A stretch of DNA of 64,000 nucleotides from positions 13,332,001 to 13,396,000 of the forward strand of contig CM119371.1 in the NCBI GenBank assembly GCA_051294905.1, written 5' to 3'. The first letter of the stretch is position 1, and each line of letters begins with the position of its first letter. Below the pieces are notes generated by a model. That model saw only the letters and a list, made by a program, of their open reading frames with translations. It was not told where the DNA came from and searched no databases. The translations under genes were made by a program, and so were the position numbers. Origin of the DNA: Botryllus schlosseri. Taxonomy: Eukaryota. Positions 49,788 to 63,475 of this stretch are shown here, piece by piece.

Positions 49788-50220
49788 ACCGAGCGAGATA
49801 GTGTAATGGTTGTGCGTCCGGCTTCTCGATCGGTAGGTCGTGGGTTCGATCCCGGCCGGGTCAGACCAAAGACTCGAAAACTGGTATCCGCGGCTATCCT
49901 GCTAGGCGCTCAGCAATCACAGATAGCATGGAGGAGAAAAAACGGGGGTGCAGACTAGATGACCTTGCAATAAAGGCCGTATCGCATCTCCGTCGTCAAA
50001 GCATCTCGATGGTGCAGGCGAAAAATAATACCATATCTCTCTGTCTCTCTCTACCAATACCAACGTTTGGAGCGGGGGACGAATTGCTGTTTTGGTGCTG
50101 ATTGTACCTACAACCCACGCTAACATGGTGTATAAGGGGATGGCTATGGCGACAGGTATAAATGTCGAGTGACGAATTGTGAAATGACGATTGGCGCCCG
50201 TTTCAAGTAGAGTCATATGA
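49788..50220 (+). mobile_element. tRNA-derived SINE with MetaSINE-like central domain
   Basis: Pol III A box TAGTGTAATGG and B box GGTTCGATCCC, then GGGTCAGACCAAAGACT...AAACTGGTATCCGCGGCTATCCTGCTAGGCGCTCAGCA; Meta domain recognised from memory; 3' boundary approximate. Confidence 0.75.
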
Positions 50221-50593
50221 GAATAAGATAATATAGTGACCTTAAAATTCGACCTTCCACTTCATACAGATACAGATACAGAAAACTGCCGTTACGAGAA
50301 ACGGCAAAGAACGGCTCGGTTATGATATATGTCAGCAGCTGTTGATTTTACCCATCGTAATGTTTTATTTGATGTGTACAAAATTCCAAATCTTTGTCCG
50401 GTGGACGTACAACACATACGTATACTACATAAATAGGCCTACTGTTCGCCAAGCAGCAACGGTCAAACTGCGTAACCAATCATCAATACATAAGTTACTA
50501 TTAGAAACAAGGCAGAGTGGTGATTATTTTCTTGCTGCGAGGTAGTGGCGTCTGGAGCGTATTGATAACCCGATATAAGTCGTGGCTTATACT

Positions 50594-51932
50594 CAGGCCG
50601 TGTTATTTTTGGCATTTCAGGAGCCAGATGCCAAAACTGCCAAAAATAAAAATTTGAAAATGCCAAAAATAAGCAATTTTTGGCATATGCCAAAAATAAA
50701 ACGGTCTGCCAAATAGTGTATTTCGTCCATGGTGTTGTGTTAACAGGGCCGCGTTACAAGCGAGAAGAGCGTTCGTTTGTGAAAGGCAGGTTTCTTAATC
50801 TGGGTTCAGCCCACCCATTAGGGGTGAAAGCATGGTGTCTTAAATGATGGTGTGGGCACAGCGAGATTGAACGGCTGACAGCATTTGGTTTACGTCATAC
50901 TTTCCATTTGTCCAAAGGCAATTTTACGACCATTTTTGACAGGCTTGTCGAGCGCTAAATTTGATAAAACGGCTATCAATGAGAAGCTGCCGCAGTACTG
51001 ATTATTAAAATATAAATTATATTCTGCTCATGGAACTGGAACCCCCAAAATCAACCACGTTTTTTGCATTGTGATCGAGTTGAACATTGTGACGCAACAA
51101 ACTGTCTGGCTATTTCCGAGCTCCATAGTCTCGTTTTGCCAGACAGTCTTGTTGCGTCAATGTTCTTAAACATGCTAACCTTCCCAGGACTCTTCCATGC
51201 GAGTTGGTAATATTAAAGCCACCTGAAGTGACAAAAGTCCTCCGAAAATATATCGGTAGACTGAAGGAGAAATGATAGTCGGGCTACTAAATAGAATGTG
51301 TTGAGATAGACAACACAGGAAACTCCTGGAAAAGGGTCGAAAAGAAAATTCTTTCCGCGACGAGATCGGTGGCACTGGCGAAGTGATCTCTTTTCATGAT
51401 GCATGGAAGCCGGTTCGGCCCTCCAAAGATTTTGAAGCTCTGAAAGCCTTTTGTGGATGACTGGCAACATTCTTTCACTCAACGGCTACTGTTGAAGCCG
51501 ATATTTCCCAGATTCGCTGGGCGAGAAATGAATTTAGGAAAAACTTAGCTGACCTGAGTTTGGAAGCACTGATTTAAGTCTATTCAACAGCTGTTGAGCG
51601 TGTTTATTAGGCTTTTCCTTCTTTTGTTTGCTTATTGGCACCGATTACGATGGATACTGCACATTTTGTGGTTTCGTTTGATATAATTTACCTATGAAAT
51701 CGTTAGGTTTTTCTTCTTCTTATTGTTTGTTGGCACTGATTATACGTGGATGCTGCACATTATGTGGTGTCTTTTGACAAACTAGCTCATATGAAGCGTT
51801 TTTGTGACTAATTCGAGGCTGAAACTATCTATTTAGAGGACGATGCCAAAACTGCCAAAAATAAAAATCGAAAAATGCCAAAAATAAGTTATTTTTGGCA
51901 GTTTTGGCATATGCCAAAAATAACACGGCCTG
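50594..51932 (+). mobile_element. hAT deletion derivative with a decayed transposase C-terminus
   Basis: TIR CAGGCCGTGTTATTTTTGGCA / TGCCAAAAATAACACGGCCTG, perfect TSD CTTATACT; ~51450-51575 reads FCG*LATFFHSTATVEADISQIRWARNEFRKNLADLSLEALI (hAT dimerisation-like). Confidence 0.85.
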
Positions 51933-52589
51933 CTTATACTGCTCTAACAATCACACAACAATGTACATCGAATATATATTTACTACGTGTACTGTATATA
52001 CTTCTAACGCAAGGACGAGCAAATAATACTTCTGACGTAATAATGAGCATTGGCGTTTGAAAATCAACCGTTTGCGCTATCAATAACCTGGTAGAATATC
52101 TATTCATTGTTCACGAATGTTCGGTTATGTCAAATTCATTGTACAAATAAAAAGTAATCGTTCTTTCACAAAGAAATCGATTGGATATGTGAAGTAGTCG
52201 ATTACGATTACGATTACTTTGGATTTTTTTCGAATGTAATCGATTGCGATTACGATTACTTGAAAATGCTGTAATCGTCGTAATCGATTACGATTACTAA
52301 TCGCGATTACCCCATGTCTGTAGCGAAGTCTCTGCGAAAATCGAATTCTCTTCGTGTTTTCGCTTTGCAAATGCCTAGCCGGGGCATGCCCCGGTAGCGC
52401 TCATAACAAGCTTTCACTGTCTATTCTCTCAAAGCTGCGCACAATAAAGAAACAGTGATTTACTCTCTCCTATTCATAAAATGACCGAGCAACCGGGGCA
52501 ACATAGCCTGCTCGCCCTTAAGGTGTGATGTAACAATCGTATCTACATCTGAACTAGGTTACCGTCATATGCGTTTAGTCGACCTTTGC

Positions 52590-53260
52590 TGGTTGGTATA
52601 GGTCGATTTTGATGGTGTTTCACACCATGATAATTCTTGAAACTTGGTATGTCATGTCGTGATGGTGGTATTTAACATTGTCCCAAGTTTCAGGGTTTCT
52701 ACTTAAAGTTTAGGGTAGTAATTCCGTTTCCGAAGTTGAGTGTGTGCTGATTCGTCATGTATCGCAAACAGATTTTACTCAAAAGCCGGTATTGGTATCC
52801 ATTGATTTTGACGATGTTCCATACCGAGATCGGTCATGACATTTGGTACGGTAAGTCTTAATGTTAGTATTCAACGCGGTACCAAGTTTCAAGTTTGTCA
52901 CTGTACTGTGTTAGTGGTAATTTCGTTTCCTAAATCGAGTGAGAGCTGACTCGTCATTTATCGCAAACATATTTTACGCAAAGCCGGTATTGGTCTCCAT
53001 TGATTTTAACGATGCTCCTTACCTAGATCCGTCATGAGCTTTTGCATGGTATGTCTTGATTTTAGTATCGAACGCTGTGCCAAGTCTCACGGTTGGCACT
53101 CAATGATTAGGGCAGCAATTTCGTTATCAAGGTCGAGTATGTTAAAGATGTGCGCTGATCTGACACTTAGCCTACCTAACGCATTGCGTATTTCACGCAA
53201 AAGTCGGCGTATCTGTGTTAACGCTAACTGTGTTCCATACTGAGATAAGTGATGAGATGA
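52590..53260. repeat. Diverged tandem repeat, ~190-bp unit, about 3-4 copies
   Basis: Recurrent ccattgatttt(g/a)acgatg...ttggtatg...ccaagtttca...tcgtcat.tatcgcaaaca.atttac.caaagccggtattggt. Confidence 0.7.
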
Positions 53261-54049
53261 TGATATCATGAAACAGTTTACTAGCATCCTCGGTTTGCAT
53301 TCAAATATTTACTTTTATTTTATATTCTCCAATGTCAATTTTGACCGTGAAATTGTGGCCTTCAGGCCATTTGCTTACAATTACAACCCCTGTCAAGCGC
53401 GATAGCTGTTTCGTTTTCGATGGCGGCTAACAGCTGATCGCTTGATCAATGATCAGCCTATTCCTCAGTAAATTTTACGCAAAATTCGGTGTTGGTCTGT
53501 TTGTATTAATTTTGACAGTGTACCATACCGAAAACGGTCATGAGGCTACTTCTCGTTGATTTCATGTAACAGTGTACCAAGTTTTCGGCTTTCATCCACG
53601 TATTTATTCGGTAATATATTTTCCAAAGGCGATTTTGCAGCAGACATATAGACCGTAAGCCGTATGTGTCGTGTGACAGTCTCCAGCACCAAGGCCAAAA
53701 CATCTCCTATGCTGTATCGGGACCGAATTTCCGAGGCTGCTATCCGTAGGTCTTCAGAATTATGTTTTGGATTCAATATGACATTGTCCAATCTATGAGA
53801 TAACAATTGCGTATGTGTCCGAACTCGTTGACCTTTCCAGCTAGGCTTACGCAATCTATCGAGTTATAGTCATTTCCATTTCTGCAGATAATTAGTCAAG
53901 TCAGGTATAGTGCGAACATGAGCCGTGTGAAATCTTTGTTCCGTACGCCGTTTACGCAGTTACCACACTTCAAGTCACAGCTCACCGGCAGACCTCTCGC
54001 GGCACATACGTTAAATCACTGTTGTCGGGAAGTTCGTGTTACCGTAGTT

Positions 54050-55239
54050 CAGAGGTCTCAAACACGCGGCCCGCCAGAGCATTTTGTGCGGCCCGCGACG
54101 ACATTTTAGATTTTTATTAATTTGACAATATATAAGTGTCACATATATATTTTCAGGTTATAAAGTGAATATATTCCCTCTTAAATTGCCCCGAAAGCCT
54201 GAAACTATTAATCAAACATCAGTATCACATCAATTGCAAACGATGTCGTAGTGGAAGATTCACTATTTCGCCACATTTCCAATTCATGATGACAAAACCT
54301 GACCCTTAGACGATTCGTGACTGAAATTTGTTAGTTGGACTTGGACGCGACCTTTTTTAGAATTACTCCGACTCGGGCTAACTCAATGGCAAAATGAATA
54401 TGACTCAAGTGGACTCGGAATACCGTGAATTTGTTAGAACCATGGACGCAACAAACTAGTCGCGTACAGGGGGGATAGTAATAGATCAAAAGGTCGCAGC
54501 TTGGTATTACGCTAACTAAGCAAGTAGTTTTGGCAGCCATTGGCAATCTGTTAGTTACATCTTTGGTCGCTTAACCATGTTATTAGGGTCACTCAAAGGT
54601 TCCGATAGTACCGTGGTACGCTCCAACGATGTAACAACAATGGGCCGTTCGGCGTTTCGACATTTCAATCACTAGGACACATTCATCAATATATTTATAT
54701 TATATTTATATTTTTTTCCGTTCCTATTATTGAAGATATTTGGCCATGAGATTAATAGCCTACTTATCAGAAGTATACCCGAATCCTGGATTGGAATTAC
54801 AATGATCAACCTAAAAATGTTTTGATATCAGATCAGTCTCTATTATCAATCTGTTAAATTCAAAACATTCACAGTAGCTGCAAAATTGTAACCCAATAGC
54901 TTTTATGAAGGCATCATACGTTTGTCCGTCCATATGGTGTCTATATCTTATAATTAATATATATTATGTTTAATTGTTGAGTTGAGTACAACAACAATTC
55001 TATTCAAATGTGATGATTCTTTTCGTGTCAGGCCTAAATTGATACAAGAGTAAATCACATTTTGACGATGTGAGTTTACTGTCAGTCTGGTGGATCGGCT
55101 CACTTTCAATAGGACAATTCATTCCCGCTAAAGAAGGCCTTCTTGGAAAGACATAGAGTACCCCTATAAATGATGCGGCCCGCGGCGTCATCAAAACTGG
55201 AAAACTGGCCCGCGAGCACATTTGAGTTTGAGACCTCTG
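54050..55239. mobile_element. hAT-type element
   Basis: TIR CAGAGGTCTCAAAC / GTTTGAGACCTCTG, perfect TSD CCGTAGTT, gcggcccgc subterminal motifs. Confidence 0.9.
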
Positions 55240-55859
55240 CCGTAGTTCGTACCACTAAGTTACTTGTTTACGTTGGGAAACTCCATTGTGACGTCATCTT
55301 GATAAAAAGTCGCTTGCAGCCCTTGCCCCACCACCCGATATTGTCACGAGCCGCCACTGGGTTTGTACCTCATACTCAATGACGTGCTCTGCCTGCAATT
55401 GTCTCTTGAAAAGCTTATGGGAACACTACAGTCTCGTGCACGATATCTCGTCACTCGTGCAATCATTTGATAACTCAATATCATGCGACAGGTCTGCATC
55501 GTCATGATCATGAACATTTATACCGCTGGGTGCTGCATGCTTGAAATCGTAGTCATTGCTGTGTCCATCCGAGCTATTGGCTGCATCTTCCTGTTTGGCA
55601 CATGGATGTGATAGTTTCTTAGGTTCGGGTTGATACCAATCCTTGCTTTCCGTCGGTACGTGGAGAGACTTATGTGACCTTGGTTCTTGCATGCTGCGAT
55701 TGCGTCGTACGGGCACGGTTGCGTTTCTTGGCCTCGGAGATTTTGTATTTCGACATTGCTGTTGGGGAGAAACCTGAATAACATGACAGTGTTACAGAGG
55801 ACGTCATTTATTCTCTATTAAGGAAAGGACGTAATTTTTGTGTATTTTCTGTGCATATG

Positions 55860-56072
55860 CCGCTGGACAAAAAGGTGCAGATATAGCCTCGTACGACTTT
55901 CTAAGTCTTGCACCAGATCTCTATGCTATATCAGTAACGCACGAGCACCAAGCGGGGAGGTCGTGTATGCCAGCGTTACTACTCTAGTATTTCATCTGAC
56001 CCGGCCGGGAATCGAACCCACGACGTACCGATCAAAAAGCCGGACGCTTTACCATTACGCTATCTTGTCGGT
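55860..56072 (-). mobile_element. tRNA-derived SINE, related family
   Basis: Reverse complement head ACCGACAAGATAGCGTAATGGTAAAGCGTCCGGCTT...GGGTTCGATTCCCGGCCGGGTCAGA closely resembles the 49788 head; body diverged. Confidence 0.7.
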
Positions 56073-56929
56073 GCATGCTGGGTTGTTTAAATGCTATGCC
56101 ACGTTCCCCTTAATGGTCGCTATCGGGGCCCCTTGTGAATGAAATTGGCATTATAGATTGGCTCTGTAGAATATATTGGCAGTAATATGTGGAATAATCA
56201 CCAATAAACAACTTTGAAAGTTGTCATTGGCAATTAGCTGAAAACTGGTCGCAATTTGATAAGCCACTAGCATGAATCATATGCAATTGCTCGGACTTGA
56301 AAATGTTAATATCAGTCATGCTACAGCTCGATGTACGCGAAGAGTACGATATGGATATCAATGAATCAATATGTTATTAGAAGTAATAATATATCACTTG
56401 ATAGCAACACAGCAGAAACGTGTTGATTTACCGCGAGTGAAGACATTCTCTTATCCAATGTGGAGAGGAATCCGGATTTTAACGAATCATCTACCGTGAC
56501 AGCCAGCACCTGGCTGACCTCTTGCGATAGACGATGAGTAATTGAAATACCGGTCGCGGCTCGTAGAGCTGAAGACAATGATTGCATTGAAGTTCTTCAT
56601 GATGCATATAAACACCCACCACTGCGAGGGTATGACAGTCGTAATATATATGTCAAATTATCAGTTCTGGTACATAGTCATGTATGTGACATCACGACGT
56701 CGAAAGGTATGGTAGGCAGATCATCGGTTAAGTCTGGTATACCATACATGTCAAATCCAATTACGATTGTTGGCCAGATTCGGACCCTTTGATAGCTTGT
56801 ATGACGAACCCATCAAATGACGCCACAATATTACCCACAAATCAATATCTTTATGTTCAGTGAGATGATTGATCATTATCAATTGTTTACTTATTGTACA
56901 CAGTTATAATGACTCGAGTCCGACTAGAG

Positions 56930-58294
56930 CAGTGGTTCTCAACCTGTTAGGCTTCACGGACACCTTTTGAAAGTCACGGACCATCACGGACCCCTCAAGG
57001 TTTAGTTCAATTTTAGCTCTATTATGGTGCAACCTTCATCTGTCTTGTGCAAATATGAAATGTAGGCTTGTGATAAACAGCAAAATAACGATTTTTCTTG
57101 ACGATAACATCATACTATTGATGTAGAAATGGGTGGACTTTTAATATTTCAAATCTAATATTGCTGCTGTATTTATTGAAGTACATGGTCGCATCTTCAA
57201 AATCCGCGTCTTCGTTTTGATATGAACGAATAGTGCCGAAAACCATTTCCGCAAAGATAAATGGAGGCTAATGCAATATTAACGCATAATGCTTCCGACG
57301 ATACTTTTTGTGTGATCGCAACATTTATGGCACCAAAATGAAGAACCACATCTTTTATGAAGATATCACGTCCAGCAGCTAGCGCAGGGACGGGCAACAT
57401 ACAGACCGCGGACCGGATTCGGCCCGCAGAGAGTTTCTGCCGTCAAAGTGAAATCCAAAGAATGGATCCACGTTTTCCAACCAGAGAAAGACCGTCATGA
57501 AACGGCTTGTTCTGTTCGGGTTTACATATATATTTACAAGCAAACATTTTCGACCATGAACAATTGAACATTAACAAGACAAGGCTGCATACCAATATAA
57601 CTAGTGATATGAATTTCAGGGTTGGGGCGTAATGCTTTGATAGCAATGAGACACTCGTTGTTCATAAAAAAATCAGCCTTGTCGATAGGGCATCCGCAAT
57701 AAGAATGCCTCAAATCTAATAGCCGAGCTTTAAGAGCAGGTATATCAATGTCCAATTTATGACGAGTGTCAGCCGAAAATATTCGGGTTCATTTCAATTT
57801 CAAAATACTATTCAATTGTAGGCCTATATTAAAGTTATGTACCTCCAAGAAGTGGTTCCTTGCATTGGGACAAATTATGGAAATACTTCGGAAATTTTTA
57901 TTTCAAACGACTGTTCACTAATTTGATGAGACTGACAACTTCAAATAGCGAAGGTTCTGCAGACATTACGAAGTCCCCCTGAATGGCGTTACTATCTCCA
58001 TATTTTTAGTTTTCCACAAACCCCAACAAAACGTCTCTAAATAGCAACATGTTTGTATCAGCAGGTTATTGGAACATTGGCAATGAAAATGAGTTTCCAC
58101 ACTACAATGGTCCATGTCAGATGATTATTATGATGATATGAGTCATGAGGTTTTAGCAGTTGTGGTGCTAAACTGCCTCATGCTTTCTCAAATTGAAATA
58201 TAAAATGAAAATTAGGTTATCAACAATATTAAAAATTTAGAGGTGTCGCGGACCCCCTGAAATTGCTTCGCGGACCCCAGGTAAAGAACAGCTG
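56930..58294. mobile_element. hAT-type element inserted inside a GACTCGAGTC MITE (~56900-58797)
   Basis: TIR CAGTGGTTCTCAACCTG / CAGGTAAAGAACAGCTG, TSD gactagag/gaccagag; host MITE sequence on both sides. Confidence 0.75.
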
Positions 58295-60265
58295 GACCAG
58301 AGTCACGATTTTCTGATGACTTGACTTGACTCGAGTCATTTTTTCAAAATACGGAAATGACTCGACTCGACTTGGACTCGAGTCACTACGCATGACTCGA
58401 ACCAAGTCATATGACTCGAGACTCATACGGCCAATACCGACATTTCATTATAATTTCGAAGAATAGTAAATAAACCACACTATTTGGATTTCGTGCATAG
58501 ATACTAGTACTTGAAAATGCGACCAGTAAGTACTGAAGTGAGAAAAATTAGTATATTTCAAATGCGAACCATTCGATATCACCAAACAGACTACTAAAAA
58601 CATGGTTTAACGAGACTTCATCTGGAACCTTATCAGTCAGCACAATAAGTTGGACTCTGACTCGACCCTCTGCTCGTTGACTTGGACTCGCACTTGAATC
58701 AGTGTTGAATTGAAAATTACTCGACTCGACTCGAGTGAAAACTATAAAAGTGAGATTGACTTGTGACTCGGAGCCTTGTGAATTGGTTACAATCCTGTTA
58801 TTATACAATATTACGGATTATTGGACTGGACTTTAGGAATACCCTTATTCGCAAACAATGAAACGGTTAACATTAGAATGATTAGCAGATTGAATCTTTC
58901 ACTTTCAGAAGGTGTCACAATGGCTGAGAATCCCTTTCCTAAACTGTCATCCACAAGCTACCCGATTTCATTGCTAATCTCCCAATATTTTGCCATGATA
59001 GTAAAGTAGGGCTTACTACTTCTTCAGCTTAAGAAAAATCATTTGTGATAGGCAGCCACAACAAAATTGGGCAAAAGTGAAACATTGATATCATAATGAT
59101 TTCCATTCGAACATTCGATTAACCCAAAATGACGATATTATTAAGACACCCGAACATGCGGTTCCTACCTCCAAGACCAATAGGAATGGTCGAATTTCCA
59201 CATATTCCCGGAGTATAAGTCCATCTTCCAGGAAAGCCTTCTCTAGGTGATAAATTTTTTACGCTTAAACATGCACCGCAGATTTTGGCGTGAAATTTTC
59301 GATATAAGCGTTTTAATACCCAATAAATCTCTCATGAACGCTTTCATGACTTACCAAATTTCAAGATCGAGGCACCTCAACCATTGGCACCAACTTATGA
59401 GGTTACAAGGTGGCGCAACCACCTCATCACTATATTAATGAGGCAGCCGCCACCTAGTACAAAATGCTCAAACGCTCCAGTAATTAGTAACTAACAATTA
59501 TTAATCGGGCGAATAGACGCGACCCCGTCGATTCTAATACGCGCGTGCGCTGAGAAGCACCCTCCCCGGTCTACTCTCTCGAGCTCGACCAAATCGACGT
59601 TCTCTTTTTCTAAAGTCTAAATTAAGTTACGCGTGCCCTACAAAATTCTTGAGCTGGCTTAGAGATGTATTTTTTAATCTGAAGTGAAATTGGACATTGC
59701 GTTTGTGTATGCCTGCGAATCGGATTCCATTCCTGCACATGCACATATTGGTTTCTCTAACAAGGCCAACATTAATATGGGAAACGTAGCACTACAACTT
59801 AAACACCGATATTGAGATAAAACAATTGTTGCAAGACGAGCTACTCAATACGATGCCGCAATCAGGAACTGTTCGTGCTGTATGCAAGAGATGAGATACT
59901 AATCCTTAGATGCACGCCCGGAATTGGAATTACTCCTAGCCCACAATCGATACATTAAATAAAAATAGGACGCGATAGATTTTCTATTTGCGGCATATAC
60001 ACACCGATATACTCCACAAATGCGAACGTAAATCGGGAAATGCAGCTATTCAGCCGAAAGCGCCGTTTTAATCTGCAGACCATTGCCGGGATAGGAGCTG
60101 CATAACGCGAAGTCAGAAACCCATTGTGTTGGCCGTAAGAGACAATTACTGATTGGTTTCGCGCTTTCACATCTGTAATCATCATTCATGTCTGCCTGAA
60201 ACGGTTGCCCGACATTTGAGCATGCGACAAAATGAAAAACGACTGTTGAACATACGACAAAGTAA

Positions 60266-60848
60266 CAGGGTTGTAACCAAGTCATAATGCTCCGAGTCAC
60301 AAGTCAATCTCACTTTTATAGTTTTGACTCGAATAAAGTCGAGTCATTTTCAATTCACCACCGAGTCAAGTCCGAGTCCAAGTCATTGAGCAGAGGTTCG
60401 AGTCCGAGTCATGGTATAATGACGCGAGTCCTAGCCAAAGTCATTGTGTTGACTGTTCAGTTTCCCGTTGAAGTCTTGTTAAACCCACTTTTATAACTCT
60501 GTTTGGTGATATCGAATGATTCGCATATATAAAATAATAATTTTCCTCACTTTCAACAGTTTCTGGTCACATTTTCAAGTACCAGTACCAATAGACGAAA
60601 TCCTAATAAGGTGGGTACTTTACTGTTCTTCGAAATTACAATGAAATATCGTTCTTGACCGTCTGAATCTCGAGCCATATGACTTGGTTCGAGTCATGCG
60701 CAATGACTCGAGTCCAAGTCGAGTCGATACACATTGACTCGAGTCGAGTCGAGTCATTTCCGTATTTTGAGAAAATGACTCGAGTCAAGTCGAGTCATCA
60801 GAAAATCGTGACTCGAGTCGAGTCATGACTTGATTCATCACAACCATG
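60266..60848. mobile_element. GACTCGAGTC-rich MITE, reverse orientation
   Basis: CAGGGTTGTAACC...CACAACCATG flanked by an aaagtaac duplication; homologous to 49217-49782. Confidence 0.85.
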
Positions 60849-60854
60849 AAAGTA

Positions 60855-61310
60855 ACATGGGGACACATGATCATGGTAATACATGAGCGTGGGGAAATAT
60901 TAGCATGATGACTCATGAGCACGGGGACACATCAACATGGTGCCATATCAGCATGGGGACGCCTGAGCATGCTGACACATTAGCGTAGGGATATATCGGC
61001 AAGGTGACACATCGGCATTGGGACATATGATAATGGAGACACATGAACATGTGGAAACTTGACAATGTTTACATATGAGCATGGTTACACAGGAGCATAG
61101 GGCCACATAAGCATGGTGACAGTTTGACATGCGGCATTTTATCGTTAGACAGTTCAGCATGCGACTATTGAGAATCTCGACACCTCCGCATGCGACATTT
61201 AATCATGCGACAATTGAGCTTTACGACACTTCCGCATGCGACATTTATTAATGCGACAATTGAGCATTGCGACACTTCAGCTTGGGACACCTTAGCACGC
61301 GACAATTGAT
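60855..61310. repeat. Degenerate ~15-bp minisatellites (gacacatgagcatgg-like, then catgcgacaattgag-like)
   Basis: Repeated units visible directly in the sequence. Confidence 0.75.
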
Positions 61311-62947
61311 CAAGTGATCAATTTTCGCCCAGATAATTCGGCCAACATTCTCGTAACGGATCATAAAAGTTAAATGTGCTCGTGAAAAATCCCGTTAATT
61401 CAGACAATTATCCGTTTACTTCGGACACAGGTTCGCAATTCCTATCGTTAGACTGTGATACAATAAACAGCATTATTAGCTCAGTATTCGTGATGCGTTG
61501 TCTGCCTTTACCAATGACCACGAAATAAACGAACAAAGCCGTTTCTCCGGTCAAGAGTGAGCGGAACCTAAGTTTGCGAATTCCAGATTGTCGCGTATTG
61601 CGAACTTACCAGTGCAAAGTGTATTTCGTTACTCACACGGACTATTAACGCAGTTCTCCTTTTGAACGATCGTAGGCTGCCGTTTTAAGATTCCGTTTAA
61701 TAACTCGACTGTATGGCTTGATGTTAATGAGTGCAGGACTGGTATTAAAACATCTCATGAGTGGTTTAACGCTCAGCGGCATGTAGTAAAGTGCCTTGTA
61801 GTGTGACCATGACGTCACAGATATGGAATCATCATGACGTCACAATACTTCGCCACCTCGTACAAATATATAACTTGGTGCCTATATGACCACAGATAGT
61901 ATTATTAATTGCAACGGCATGTTGGCATGTCAACGAATCCACTATAGTTAAATCAAAATGGTCCAAAAAACACTCACTTAACATCCGCATCAGTCTTTGG
62001 CATATCAGAAGTCGAGATGACGCCTTTCAATATCACATTCGAGTCATTTTCCAAAACTTTATTCTGATACAAAAGGGAAAAGTCGAATAGCTTAGTAAGT
62101 TGGATACATTGAACGATTTGGTTGTGATGGAAAGGACAGACGATGCGGCGTATATGAGGCTTCATTTGAATGTTGTCTAATAAGGTATTTTAGCCATTTA
62201 TGATTGTTGCTAATCTATATCAGCATCCAAAGGCAGAATTTCCGTGAGACACCTGTGAAATGGCTCGATCGACAATTTACCTAATGTAGGAGCTGAGATT
62301 CGGCTATCACTGTATCAACCCAATTCGCTTGTTTCTATAAATATCAAATCCAGTATTCAAATAAGAATTGACTGAACACTGCAAACACCCAGAAAGTATT
62401 GGACCATAGGTAGGCGTGATTGACTTACTGTAACAGTCAGTGGGAAGACGCTTTGAGCAGTTCGTTCAGTTGCCACGAATTTCTCTTTGCATCGGCGACG
62501 AATGTATGATGGGAACAATGGATTGCGCATAATGAATGACCGCAGTTCCTGCATTACCTTCTCAGTTCGGAAACAATGAAAGATGGAAAAGAAAACACCC
62601 TAAAAGTTGGTAAAATTATATGTTGTAAGAGGCTAAATCGGCATAGTAGGAACATTGGATATGTATGTCTATGCACGCAAAGCAATTGCGAAAAGCTATA
62701 ATAACGTTCCAAGAAAGCACACTTTGATCGAAGTTGTGCGTCTTGTTACTCAAGTAAACGTAGCATTTTATAAAGGTTGTGATCTGCATTTTAGCAACTG
62801 ACGCAAGTAAAATGACCACAGACTACAAATATTGATGCAATGTTCGAAAATATATTCCGTTACCGTGATTTATCCACATTGTTTAGGTAATGTCTCACAT
62901 AAATAATTAATGCAAACTAGTCAAAAACTACTTACAATACCCTAAAC

Positions 62948-63475
62948 CAGTGCTTTCCAAACTTTTTCAGGCACGACCCCTTGATGATAGTGAAAAATTT
63001 CGCGCCTACTTTTCGTCATATCAAAAAATATAAAAAGAGCAACCAGAATGTTTGTAATAAAAACACTTTGTTTGTTAGCATGGACGGTTATCACTGTTGG
63101 TAGACCTCTCAAACATCAAATCTTAACTGTGAACAGAGCAATATTTATGGGTTGGAAGCAACTGGCACCGCGTGCAAAAATAATTTCAGTTCAACAGATT
63201 TTTCGAAAATAACCGCATGCACTCATTCAGCAGCGAATCCTAATTCAGAGACATCTTCCGATCGGAGCAAGGTCCGGTAGCAGTAACAATCTAGCATCGG
63301 AGTACTGATAGTACGACGCTAATATGACATTTTAAAATCGCAATATAATAATAATTGGGAATATTGCCGCTGTTAAAACTTGGATGTTTGAAGACAAATT
63401 AAACCCATTCCGAATTCATGAACGTCGTTTCTCTCGGAGGACTTCACCCGCTCCCCTCCAGTTTGAGAACCACTG
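62948..63475. mobile_element. hAT-type MITE
   Basis: TIR CAGTGCTTTCCAAACT / AGTTTGAGAACCACTG, TSD ccctaaac/ccctaaat. Confidence 0.75.

Larger units (their letters stand above)
48118..52320. mobile_element. hAT-type element with (GATTAC)n subterminal repeats
   Basis: TIR CAGACATGGGGT / ACCCCATGTCTG, perfect TSD TAGCGAAG. Confidence 0.9.
47947..55359. mobile_element. Large composite hAT-type element containing several nested elements
   Basis: TIR CAGTGGCGGCTCGT / ACGAGCCGCCACTG, perfect TSD GGTTTGTA. Confidence 0.85.

Noticed and set aside
49788..49862. Functional tRNA genes at 49788 and 55995-56072
   Set aside because: A and B boxes are present, but there is no convincing acceptor stem and the sequence continues into a SINE body.
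61974..62819. Minus-strand ORF fragments near the window end, and 55426-55784
   Set aside because: Short, with no recognisable motif and no coherent exon chain.
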